Below the pieces are notes generated by a model. The model had not been told where the DNA came from and made no database searches. It was given only the letters and a program-made list of their open reading frames with translations. Positions 19,082-28,270 of a stretch of 64,000 nucleotides of DNA are shown in pieces. This DNA comes from Fibrobacteria bacterium (GTDB lineage Bacteria; Fibrobacterota; Chitinivibrionia; Chitinivibrionales; FEN-1185): positions 1 through 64,000 of the forward strand of contig JBBIGR010000009.1 of assembly GCA_037447435.1 (NCBI GenBank), given 5' to 3'. The number at the start of each line of letters is the position of its first letter. Positions within the stretch are counted from its first letter, which is position 1. Both the position numbers and the translations under genes were made by a program.

Positions 19082-19726
19082 ATGGATTTGTGGAAAATAT
19101 TTTCTCGAGGCATTTACGACGAAAACCCGATACTGCGCCTGGCGTTGAGCCTGTGCCCGGCTTTGGCCGTCACTTCCACCGTGCAGAACGCCTTGACAAT
19201 GGGGTTATCGGTGATGTTCGTCATCACCGCGAACAACGTCATGGTTTCACTAACGAGAAACTGGGTCAACCCCAAAGTGCGCGTACCCATTTTCATCATA
19301 TCCATTGCGACCATCGTAACGGTGGTCGAGTTGGTATTGGAAGCGTTTTATCCGCATCTGTTCAAGGCGTTGGGCATTTATTTGTCGCTGGTGGTCGTTT
19401 TTGCAATTATCCTTGCCCGGGCCGAAGTGTTCGCTTCCAAAAATAAAATCGTGCCGTCGTTTTTCGACGGCCTCGGCATGGGATGCGGCTTTACCGCGGC
19501 AATGGTCCTCATCGGCGGCGTGCGCGAAATACTGGGCAGCGGAACCTTCCTTGGGGCGCCCCTTTTCGGCGTCTGGTATCATCCGCCGATGGTATTGGTG
19601 CTGGCGCCCGGCGGCTTTTTGGTCATCGGCTGCATCATCGGTCTCATGAATATTTTCCAGGACCGTCTCGATAAAGCGTCTGTGGCGCGGGTAATGGAAT
19701 CCTCTCCGGTAAAGGAGGAACAATGA
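19082..19726 (+). CDS. rnfE: Rnf complex subunit E
   Basis: ENP..L.LCPALAVT, VRVP, RAEVFA, DGLGMG, REILGSG. Confidence 0.95.
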   Translation: MDLWKIFSRGIYDENPILRLALSLCPALAVTSTVQNALTMGLSVMFVITANNVMVSLTRNWVNPKVRVPIFIISIATIVTVVELVLEAFYPHLFKALGIYLSLVVVFAIILARAEVFASKNKIVPSFFDGLGMGCGFTAAMVLIGGVREILGSGTFLGAPLFGVWYHPPMVLVLAPGGFLVIGCIIGLMNIFQDRLDKASVARVMESSPVKEEQ

Positions 19727-20313
19727 GCGCCTTGCACGACTATTTTTTATTGTTCATGGGCGCGGTCATCGTAAACAATTACGTTCTGACCCGGTTTTTA
19801 GGGCTTTGTATTTTTTTCGGCGTTTCCAAAAGCCTCAATTCGTCGGTGTCAATGGGTATGGCCATCGTGTCGGTCATGTCGATCAGTTCAATCATGACCT
19901 GGGCGATCAATCACTTCGTGCTGCAGCCGTTCGGGCTCGATTTCCTGCGGACAATCGTATTTGTCATTGTCATCGCATCGTTCGTGCAGTTGCTCGAGAT
20001 CGTGGTGAAACGGTTTTTGCCGAACCTCTATAAAATATGGGGGATTTATTTATTGCTGGTCGCGACAAACTGCATCGTCTTGGGCGTTCCCCTCATCAAT
20101 GCCGAAGAAAACTTCAATTTCATGAAAAGTCTGGTCAACGCGATAGGGTCGGGCGTCGGCTTCTCCCTTGCCCTTATACTCATGGCGAGCGTGAGGGAGA
20201 AAATGGAATATGCAAACATCCCCAAACCGTTACGGGGACTGGGCGGCACGTTCATCGTCGCGGGAATGCTTGCCTTGGCGTTCCAGGGTTTTTCCGGAAT
20301 GATTCCCAAATAA
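19723..20313 (+). CDS. rnfA: Rnf complex subunit A
   Basis: NNYVLTRFLGLC, IASFVQ, TNCIVLG, LALAFQGF. Confidence 0.95.
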   Translation: MSALHDYFLLFMGAVIVNNYVLTRFLGLCIFFGVSKSLNSSVSMGMAIVSVMSISSIMTWAINHFVLQPFGLDFLRTIVFVIVIASFVQLLEIVVKRFLPNLYKIWGIYLLLVATNCIVLGVPLINAEENFNFMKSLVNAIGSGVGFSLALILMASVREKMEYANIPKPLRGLGGTFIVAGMLALAFQGFSGMIPK

Positions 20314-20327
20314 GAAGAGTCGTTATA

Positions 20328-21173
20328 ATGATTGCAATTTCCATCGTTATCATATTGGTCGTCGTCGGAGCCTTTTTCGGGCTGCTCCTTGCATTTGCAA
20401 ACAGCAAACTTGCCGTAAAAACAGACCCGCTGGTGCATGCGGTCGACGATGTCTTGCCCAAGGGGCAATGCGGCGCCTGCGGTTTTGCCGGCTGTATGGG
20501 ATACGCCGAGGCCGTCGTCAAAGACCCCGATGTCCCGGTCAATTTATGTTTGCCGGGCAAAGACGCCGTGTCGCAGAAAATCGCCCGGTTGACCGGTAAG
20601 ATAAACGCGCCGGCCAAACGGCTCATAGCCCATGTGAAATGCGCCGGAACCGCGGAGCACGCTTTGCGGATATTCGAATACCGCGGCGTGCGCAAATGCG
20701 TGTCCGCGAATTTGCTGCAGGGCGGAAATATGGCTTGTAAATTCGGCTGTCTGGGCCTGGGAAGCTGCGTGTCGGAATGCGTGTTCGACGCCTTGTCGAT
20801 CGGGCGGAACGGAATGCCGGTTGTCAATCCCGAAAAATGCACGGGCTGCGGCAAATGCAAGAATGTCTGCCCGAAAAACGTGATCGAAATGGTGCCGGTG
20901 ACCGCCGCGATTCGCGTGGCCTGCAATTCGCAGGATAAAGGGGCCACGGTGCGCAGAAATTGCAAAGTCGGATGTATCGGTTGCAAACTGTGTGAAAAAA
21001 GCTGCCCGCACTCGGGTATCCGGGTAGAAAACAATATCGCAATCATAAACCACGCCGTTTGTCTGGAAAAATGCACCGAAGCGGTTTGCATCGCAAAATG
21101 CCCGACAAAGTCGCTGCAGGGTGCCGTCCTCGGATTAGACAAAGTGGACGTCGTATCGAACCGATGGATTTGA
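20328..21173 (+). CDS. rnfB: Rnf complex subunit B (polyferredoxin)
   Basis: N-terminal TM; LPKGQCGACGFAGC; several CxxCxxCxxxCP motifs. Confidence 0.95.
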   Translation: MIAISIVIILVVVGAFFGLLLAFANSKLAVKTDPLVHAVDDVLPKGQCGACGFAGCMGYAEAVVKDPDVPVNLCLPGKDAVSQKIARLTGKINAPAKRLIAHVKCAGTAEHALRIFEYRGVRKCVSANLLQGGNMACKFGCLGLGSCVSECVFDALSIGRNGMPVVNPEKCTGCGKCKNVCPKNVIEMVPVTAAIRVACNSQDKGATVRRNCKVGCIGCKLCEKSCPHSGIRVENNIAIINHAVCLEKCTEAVCIAKCPTKSLQGAVLGLDKVDVVSNRWI

Positions 21174-21204
21174 GCGGCGGACGAAAGGCGAGGATTTTGT
21201 TCCC

Positions 21205-22140
21205 TTAAAACCCTTCCTCTTTCCGCCACTTGTCGTAGCAGTCGGGGCAAATGGTGTGCGTGAAATTCGCTTTTGTCCGGTTCATGACATACCCTTCGAT
21301 TTGCTGCCAATGCTGCGTCGTGTCCCGGATCTTCTTGCAGGTTGCGCAAATCGGAAGCGTGCCGGTCATGGATTCGATTTCATCCAACAAACCGTTCAAT
21401 TTTGTCAAAATGAAGTTATAGGCGGGGATGTCCTTTTTTTCTTTTAATTGGTCGCCGATCTTTTCAAGCGCCAATAGCCGTACGTTTGCAAGCCTGATGA
21501 CGTCGTCGGTTTTCGCGGCCAAATTCTCTTTTGCCTTTATCGCGGCAAAGAGAATTCCGATCATGCCGGCAATGCCCTCAAAAAAACATATGTCCTCAAG
21601 TGTAAACATGTTTTTCCGCCGGTCGTTCAGTTGTAAAAGACCGAAAATCTTTTTCTCGGTTTTTATGGGCATCAAAGCGACCGATTCGTATCCTTCGCCG
21701 TTGCATCGGTTACGGGTGCGGGTCAACCGGTCTTCGTCGGAGGTCGAGGCCAAAAGGTCCGTCGTGCAATTCGACCAGAACGAACCGCCCTGTGTGAAAA
21801 AGGGCTTGGAACAGTCCGCTCTTCCGTAAATAATATTACCGCACATGCATTCGAGCGTGGGATTGCCCGACGAGTCCCGGATGATTTCATTCGCATTGTC
21901 CCTGGCGCACAAATGCATTTCCTTCCGCACAAAATCCTCGCCGAAACCGTTTGTAAAGTAATAGGGATAATCGAGGTCGTCGGCTATTCGCAGCCCGACA
22001 GCCTCGATGTCGGTTGCTTTTTGAATGTGCAGCACCACTTCGACGACGATTTTCTCGTGGCTTAAGTCCGATGACGATAACGAGAGTATTTTCCGAGCAA
22101 GGTCCGACTTTCCGCTCAAGCGGGAAATTGCAGTTGTCAT
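21205..22140 (-). CDS. GAF-domain protein with C-terminal Cys/His motif, no kinase output
   Basis: DYPYY, LECMCGNII, FFT.GGSFWSN, RNRC..EGYESVAL.P, LLQLND; C-terminal LPICATCKKIRD...FTHTICPDC. Confidence 0.8.
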   Translation of the reverse strand: MTTAISRLSGKSDLARKILSLSSSDLSHEKIVVEVVLHIQKATDIEAVGLRIADDLDYPYYFTNGFGEDFVRKEMHLCARDNANEIIRDSSGNPTLECMCGNIIYGRADCSKPFFTQGGSFWSNCTTDLLASTSDEDRLTRTRNRCNGEGYESVALMPIKTEKKIFGLLQLNDRRKNMFTLEDICFFEGIAGMIGILFAAIKAKENLAAKTDDVIRLANVRLLALEKIGDQLKEKKDIPAYNFILTKLNGLLDEIESMTGTLPICATCKKIRDTTQHWQQIEGYVMNRTKANFTHTICPDCYDKWRKEEGF

Positions 22141-22302
22141 TACCTTCTCCTTAAAAGGGTTCACGGCAAATAAATAGTAATCCGCGAAAATATGTTGGGA
22201 AAAACATGCAGGTGATGGTAAGAAAATTAAAATAGGGCATCGGGATTTGGCCATAGTATTTATTTTATTATTTTCATTCCATACGCTTTCCAAGGAAATT
22301 CC

Positions 22303-23238
22303 ATGCTTCACACGCAATACCCGCTTCCGCAATCGCTTGCCGGAATAATCGCGCAGGACCGTTTCGATGCATGGCTCGAAGAACGGGCAAGCACCTTATA
22401 TCACCGGGACCTAAATCGAAAACGTCCCTGTGCCTTGGCAGGATCAAACCGATTATACCGGGATAAAATCTACGATGCGGTTTTATCGCAGAGAAGTATC
22501 GATCCGTTTACCGGGCAACCATTGCAATGGGATCTTATTCTCAAATGGGACCCTGCAAAAAATATCGGCCATAACGATTTTATGAAAGAATTTTGCCTGC
22601 TGCCGACCGTGGACCATAAAGACCCCTATTGCATTACCGTCGATTTTGAGATTTGCTCCTGGATTGTCAACGGATGCAAAAACGATCAAACCCCAGCGGA
22701 ATTCATCGACATGTGCCGCATAATAACGCTGCACCGCCGTAACGCCGCCGTCGGAACCGGGCCGTACGGCAAAGAGCCCCGGTTTTATTTTTTGCCCGAC
22801 TTTCTCAAGGGACTTTGCCAAGAGGCCGTATATTTGAAATGGCTTGACAAACGCGCCGAGCAACTGTACGTGCGCGACCGCGATCAGGGCAGGCCGTACG
22901 GACTTTGCGGATCCAAAGGTTCTTACAAAAGGGCGATTCACGCAACGGTCAACGCAAGCGGCCTTTGCGATCCGTATACGGGACAAACGATGAAATGGGA
23001 ACTTATCGGCACCTGGGAGGCACATTGCGGCACGTTAAATCGCGCCTACAAAGACTATTATCTGCTGCCGACAATAGACCATGCAAATCCCTATGCAAAT
23101 GATTTGGAACTGGAAATCTGCTCATGGCGAATCAATTGCTGCAAAGGCGGCCTCACACCCGATGAATTCGTATCCCTCTGCTCGGCCGTGACAACGCATG
23201 TACAATCCTGCGGAAACTTCTTGAAGGTTTTCCCGTGA
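22303..23238 (+). CDS. Hypothetical protein made of two tandem HNH-like domains
   Basis: Two ~140-aa repeats, each with DP[FY]TG..W, LLPT[VI]DH, EICSW.[VI]N.CK..TP.EF..[ML]C. Confidence 0.75.
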   Translation: MLHTQYPLPQSLAGIIAQDRFDAWLEERASTLYHRDLNRKRPCALAGSNRLYRDKIYDAVLSQRSIDPFTGQPLQWDLILKWDPAKNIGHNDFMKEFCLLPTVDHKDPYCITVDFEICSWIVNGCKNDQTPAEFIDMCRIITLHRRNAAVGTGPYGKEPRFYFLPDFLKGLCQEAVYLKWLDKRAEQLYVRDRDQGRPYGLCGSKGSYKRAIHATVNASGLCDPYTGQTMKWELIGTWEAHCGTLNRAYKDYYLLPTIDHANPYANDLELEICSWRINCCKGGLTPDEFVSLCSAVTTHVQSCGNFLKVFP

Positions 23239-23258
23239 TCTGGTAATTTTACAGGACT

Positions 23259-24677
23259 ATGACACAAACACCGTACAAAAATCTCTTCGATACGATTTGG
23301 GACCAGCACAAGGTTTGCACATTGCCAAGCGGCCGGGACCAGCTTTTCATAGGCCTTCATCTCATTCATGAAGTGACCTCGCCGCAGGCGTTTGCCATGT
23401 TGCGCGAACGGGGATTGCCCGTATTGCATACGGACCGAACATTCGGAACCGTCGATCACATCGTGCCCACGCACGATCGCACGCGTCCCTTTGCCGATCC
23501 GCTTGCCGAGGCCATGCTGGCCGAAATCGAACGTAACACCAACGAGCACGGCATACCTTTTTATGGTTTAGCAAGCAACAACCAGGGCATCGTCCATATC
23601 ATCGGCCCCGAGCTGGGGCTTACCCAACCGGGTATGACCATCGCCTGCGGCGATTCGCACACGTCAACGCACGGCGCGTTCGGCGCCATCGCGTTCGGCA
23701 TCGGCACTTCGCAAATCCGCGATGTCCTTGCGACGCAAACGCTCGCCCTCGGCAGGCCCAAGGTGCGGCGGATAGACGTACGCGGCACCCGGCAAAAAGG
23801 CGTTTACGCAAAAGACATAATTTTAAAAATTATCGCCACGCTCGGAGTGAACGGGGGAATCGGATATGCGTACGAATACACCGGAGAAGCGGTCAGGGCG
23901 CTGAGCATGGAAGAACGGATGACCGTTTGCAATATGAGTATAGAAGGCGGAGCCAGGGCAGGGTATATTTCTCCCGATCAAACGACTTTCGATTATCTCC
24001 GGAACAGGCGTTTTTCGCCAAGCGGTCCTTCTTTCGATAAAGCGACGGACTACTGGGCCGGCATTGCATCGCGCGACGATGCCGCATACGACGACCGCGT
24101 CGATCTCGACATATCCTCTCTTTCGCCAATGATAACCTGGGGTATCAATCCGGGGCATGCCGTCGGCATTACCGAAAAAACGCCGCTCGTCGAGTCTTTG
24201 CCGCCTCTGCAGCAGGATTCGGCCCGCTTGGCATATAAGCATATGGGGTTTACGCCCGGTACGTCGATGATCGGTACCAAAATCGATAAAGCGTTCATGG
24301 GGTCCTGCACCAACGGACGGATCAGCGATCTGCGCGAAATCGCGTCCGTTGTCGAGGGCAAAAAAATCGCTTCCCAGGTGCAGGCGATCGTGGTTCCCGG
24401 TTCGCAAGCGGTAAAAGAGCAGGCCGAAAACGAGGGGCTCGACAAACTGTTCCGCGGCGCGGGCATGGAATGGCGCGAACCCGGCTGTTCCATGTGTTTG
24501 GCAATGAACCCCGACAAGCTTTTGGGCCGCCAGCTGTGCGCGAGCACGTCGAACAGGAATTTTATTGGCCGTCAAGGCTCGCCGCAAGGCCGGACGCTTT
24601 TAATGAGTCCGGCCATGGTCGCTGCCGCCGCAATCGCGGGTGAAATTGTCGATGTCAGGGACATGTTGTCGCGTTAG
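23259..24677 (+). CDS. leuC: 3-isopropylmalate dehydratase large subunit
   Basis: [51 protein letters not shown]. Confidence 0.97.
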   Translation: MTQTPYKNLFDTIWDQHKVCTLPSGRDQLFIGLHLIHEVTSPQAFAMLRERGLPVLHTDRTFGTVDHIVPTHDRTRPFADPLAEAMLAEIERNTNEHGIPFYGLASNNQGIVHIIGPELGLTQPGMTIACGDSHTSTHGAFGAIAFGIGTSQIRDVLATQTLALGRPKVRRIDVRGTRQKGVYAKDIILKIIATLGVNGGIGYAYEYTGEAVRALSMEERMTVCNMSIEGGARAGYISPDQTTFDYLRNRRFSPSGPSFDKATDYWAGIASRDDAAYDDRVDLDISSLSPMITWGINPGHAVGITEKTPLVESLPPLQQDSARLAYKHMGFTPGTSMIGTKIDKAFMGSCTNGRISDLREIASVVEGKKIASQVQAIVVPGSQAVKEQAENEGLDKLFRGAGMEWREPGCSMCLAMNPDKLLGRQLCASTSNRNFIGRQGSPQGRTLLMSPAMVAAAAIAGEIVDVRDMLSR

Positions 24678-24742
24678 TATGCAGAAAATCCGCGCAAAAC
24701 GCGCAGATACGATCACGGCAAAAATTACAAAAAGGTAAATCA

Positions 24743-27064
24743 ATGGATTCCGCCATTCAATCGCTTACGGGGAAAATGATTCCCCTGCCGGGAAACGATA
24801 CCGATACCGACAGGATAATTCCCGCACGTTTCATGAAATGCGTCACCTTCGACGGTCTGGGTCCGTATGCGTTTTACGACGCGCGGTTCGATGCCGCGGG
24901 TAAGCCGCTCGCGCATTCGTTCAATGAAAAAAAATACGCGGGGCACGATGTGTTGCTGGTGGAAAACAATTTCGGATGCGGCTCATCGCGCGAACATGCG
25001 CCCCAGGCGCTTGCGAAATTCGGGATCCGCGCGATCGTCGGACAATCGTTCGCCGATATTTTCGCGGGAAACTGTACCGCCATCGGCATCGTCAACGTGA
25101 CCGTGTCCGCCCAAGACTCTGCCGTTCTTTTCGAATACGCGCATGCGGGCAATTGCGACATCGTCATCGATTTGCAAACCATGACCGTCTCGGCCGGCGA
25201 CGCCGTCATGCCTTGTTTTATGCCGCAATCGTCGCGTAGTTCTTTTGTCAACGGTACCTGGGACAGCCTTTCGGTACTTTTGCAAAACAGCGATGCGATC
25301 CGTAAAACATATGAAGCCATTCCGTATTGTAACGAATTCGCCTCGGCCGCGAAACGTAAAGTGAAAACCGGGGCACAGGCGATCATCGAATCGTGCGAAC
25401 GCCACGGCATCACCCACATTTTCGGCTATCCGGGCGGCGCGAATATCCCGATACTCGACGCATTGTACGATTCATCGATCAAGCTGATTTTGAGCAGGCA
25501 CGAACAGGGCGCCACACACATGGCCGACGGTTTCGCGCGCACCGCCAATAAGGCATGCGTCGCATTGGTCACCTCCGGACCGGGTGCGACCAACGCGATC
25601 ACGGGTATTCTTACCGCGCAAATGGATTCGGTGCCCATGGTCGTTTTGTGCGGCCAAACCATAACCGCCAACCTGGGGCTCGACGCGTTTCAGGAGGCCG
25701 ATGTCTCGGGCATCTCTTTTGCCGTTGTAAAGCATTCCTATCTCCTTAAAAACGTAAACGATATCCCCCGGATCATGAAGGAAGCGTTTTTCCTTGCCGA
25801 AAGCGGCAGGCCCGGCGTGGTGCTCATCGACGTGCCCAAAGACATCTCGTCGGCTTCATTGACGCCCGATTATTCCGTGGCCATGGATTTGCCGGGCTAT
25901 ACGCTGCCGGGCGCACCGGCGCAAAGCGATTTGATCGCCCTGGCGGCCATGTTGCGTTCTGCGAAACGGCCGGTCATTTTGGCCGGACACGGCGTCCTGA
26001 TTTCGGAGGCTGCCGAGCTATTGCGGGAATTGGCATTGCATGCGCATATACCGGTTACCACCACGCTTTTGGGCAAAGGCGCTTTCGACGAAACGCATCC
26101 GCTGGGCCTGGGAATGCTCGGCATGCACGGTACTCCGTATGCCAATAAGGCCGTCATGGAATGCGATTGCATCGTGTCCATCGGTTCCCGTTGGGACGAC
26201 CGCATCATCGGCAATCCGTCCACGTTTTGCAGCACGGCGAAAAAAGCGCATATCGACATCGACGAGGCCGAACGCGATAAAATGGTCAAAACCGATCTTT
26301 TCATTCACGGCGATGCGGCGCTTGTTCTCAGGGAACTTTTACCGTTTGTCCAAAAAGGGCACGCAAATCCCTGGACCGACAAAATCGATGCGTGGAAAAA
26401 GCAATTTCCCCTGACATTCGATTCGCGCGGAGGCCTCAAGGCACAGGAAGTGCTCAAGGTTCTCGACACGCTGATCGGCGGCAGGGCAATCATCACCACC
26501 GACGTCGGCCAGCATCAAATGTGGGCAGCGCAATTTTGCCGTGTGTCGAAAGCAGGAAATTGGCTTTCTTCCGGCGGAGCGGGGACCATGGGGTTCGGTC
26601 TGCCCGCGGCAATCGGCGCGCAGCTTTGCTGTCCGCAATGCCTTGTCGTCGCGATCGTGGGCGACGGCGGTTTCCAAATGACCGAAGCCGAGCTCGCGAC
26701 CGCGGCGATACACCATTTGCCGATCAAAATCCTGATTCTCGATAATAAATATCTCGGCATGGTCCGCCAATGGCAGGACTTGTTTTACGACAACCGGCTC
26801 ATGGGTGTCGATTTGCAGGGCAATCCCGATTTTGTCAAGCTCGCGCAGGCGTACGGCATGCCCGGTTTTCACATCGGCAAACGCGCCGATATCGAACCGG
26901 TATTACAAGCGGCGCTTGCCCACTCGCAAGGCCCGTGCATCATACATGCCGAAGTGGAAAAAGAGGAAAACGTGTATCCTATGATACCGGCAGGAGCGGG
27001 CTACGAAGGCATGCTTTTGGAAGCGCCTCAGGCCAAGCTGGAAAAACCGAAAGGAAGCACCTAA
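24743..27064 (+). CDS. leuD-ilvB: Fusion of LeuD (isopropylmalate dehydratase small subunit) and acetolactate synthase large subunit
   Basis: About aa 1-200: DTDRIIPARF, NFGCGSSREHAPQAL. Remainder: IFGYPGG, RHEQGA.HMADG, TSGPGATN, DVGQHQMW, GDGGFQM, LGMVRQWQ. Single uninterrupted ORF. Confidence 0.9.
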   Translation: MDSAIQSLTGKMIPLPGNDTDTDRIIPARFMKCVTFDGLGPYAFYDARFDAAGKPLAHSFNEKKYAGHDVLLVENNFGCGSSREHAPQALAKFGIRAIVGQSFADIFAGNCTAIGIVNVTVSAQDSAVLFEYAHAGNCDIVIDLQTMTVSAGDAVMPCFMPQSSRSSFVNGTWDSLSVLLQNSDAIRKTYEAIPYCNEFASAAKRKVKTGAQAIIESCERHGITHIFGYPGGANIPILDALYDSSIKLILSRHEQGATHMADGFARTANKACVALVTSGPGATNAITGILTAQMDSVPMVVLCGQTITANLGLDAFQEADVSGISFAVVKHSYLLKNVNDIPRIMKEAFFLAESGRPGVVLIDVPKDISSASLTPDYSVAMDLPGYTLPGAPAQSDLIALAAMLRSAKRPVILAGHGVLISEAAELLRELALHAHIPVTTTLLGKGAFDETHPLGLGMLGMHGTPYANKAVMECDCIVSIGSRWDDRIIGNPSTFCSTAKKAHIDIDEAERDKMVKTDLFIHGDAALVLRELLPFVQKGHANPWTDKIDAWKKQFPLTFDSRGGLKAQEVLKVLDTLIGGRAIITTDVGQHQMWAAQFCRVSKAGNWLSSGGAGTMGFGLPAAIGAQLCCPQCLVVAIVGDGGFQMTEAELATAAIHHLPIKILILDNKYLGMVRQWQDLFYDNRLMGVDLQGNPDFVKLAQAYGMPGFHIGKRADIEPVLQAALAHSQGPCIIHAEVEKEENVYPMIPAGAGYEGMLLEAPQAKLEKPKGST

Positions 27065-27068
27065 GACC

Positions 27069-27566
27069 ATGCCATCATCCGCCGTCTACCCGATCAGCCT
27101 GCTTGTCAGCAATAAGCCGGCAGTTCTCATTCGTATAGCACTCGTTTTTTCGCGTCGCGGCTATAACCTCGAAAGCGTCGTCGTGTCTCCGTCGCAGGAC
27201 CCGAAATTTTCCTGGATGAATCTGGTCGCCTCGGGCGATCCCAAAACACTTGCGCAAATCATCAGGCAGCTCAACAAACTGGTCGACGTCATTCATGCGC
27301 GCGAACACGGCGCGTCCGAGACCATTCAACGAGAATTGGCATTGGTCAAGGTTTCCACCACAAAAAGCAAACGCGGCGCGCTCCTCGAAATCGCGGGCGG
27401 GTTCAAAGCCGAAGTTGTTGACGATTGTGAGTCAAACGTCACGTTGCAGGCGGTCGGCACGACCGAAGAACTCGACGCGTTGCGCGAGGAACTTGCGCAG
27501 TACACGATCCTCGAATTTGTCCGTTCAGGCAAACTGGTCATTGCCCGCGGGGTGCAAGAGACGTAA
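27069..27566 (+). CDS. ilvN: Acetolactate synthase small (regulatory) subunit
   Basis: V.NKPAVL.RI..VFSRRGYNLES, QLNKLVDVI, RELALVKV, EFVRSG. Confidence 0.92.
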   Translation: MPSSAVYPISLLVSNKPAVLIRIALVFSRRGYNLESVVVSPSQDPKFSWMNLVASGDPKTLAQIIRQLNKLVDVIHAREHGASETIQRELALVKVSTTKSKRGALLEIAGGFKAEVVDDCESNVTLQAVGTTEELDALREELAQYTILEFVRSGKLVIARGVQET

Positions 27567-27572
27567 CGATCC

Positions 27573-28166
27573 TTAGTACGAAAATTGCAGTCCGATGGCG
27601 GGTTGGAACAAAACGTATTTGTCGATGAAATGAATGTTTAATATCGGTAATACTTTTATTCCCTTTCCCAAAGCCGAGCCGACCACTATCGTCTCATACG
27701 GCCCCAAATAATTCGACCATGCATAGCTGAGTCCGAGGTACGCCCATTCTTTTCCAATAAGCAATGTCGGCTTTACCTGATTGGTGAATTCATAGCCGTA
27801 CGACAAAGAATAAGACAGATCGACGGACACGTAAAACGGCGCGTCGATTATTTGATATTTGAAATCCAGGCAAACATCCGAAAACAGCCCGATTTTTATG
27901 CCTGCGTCGAGATTTTTAATCAACCCTTCCCGATAATACAATTCGAGGTCCTGCCTGGTTTCCCGGTCCGGCGATGCGGACAATTCATGGGACGTGATTG
28001 AGTCGGGGCTTACCGCCCGCGAATGGATATAGCTGAATCCGATGCCGAACGTCGATTCCCCGACATCGTTGACTTTCGGTGTCTGGAATACCGTCAGCGG
28101 CGTGCATCCGCAAACCAAAATCACCGTTGCGAGGATTATTGGAATGAAACAACAACGTGATGCCAT
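27573..28166 (-). CDS. Hypothetical lipoprotein / small outer-membrane beta-protein
   Basis: Lipobox-like VCGC; amphipathic strands; terminal IGLQFSY. Confidence 0.6.
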   Translation of the reverse strand: MASRCCFIPIILATVILVCGCTPLTVFQTPKVNDVGESTFGIGFSYIHSRAVSPDSITSHELSASPDRETRQDLELYYREGLIKNLDAGIKIGLFSDVCLDFKYQIIDAPFYVSVDLSYSLSYGYEFTNQVKPTLLIGKEWAYLGLSYAWSNYLGPYETIVVGSALGKGIKVLPILNIHFIDKYVLFQPAIGLQFSY

Positions 28167-28270
28167 AGTTTTTTAATGGTATCATCGGCGTCATGCTTTT
28201 GTCAAATATGGGTATTGGGGAAAGGGGTTTAATGCGACAGCCTGTTTTGTCAATGTCCCAAATAACGTCG

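Noticed and set aside
8900..21349. Long antisense ORFs (10467-11591, 11206-12174, 13983-14933, 20252-21349 and others)
   Set aside because: Shadows of GC-rich, well-supported sense genes with no motifs of their own.
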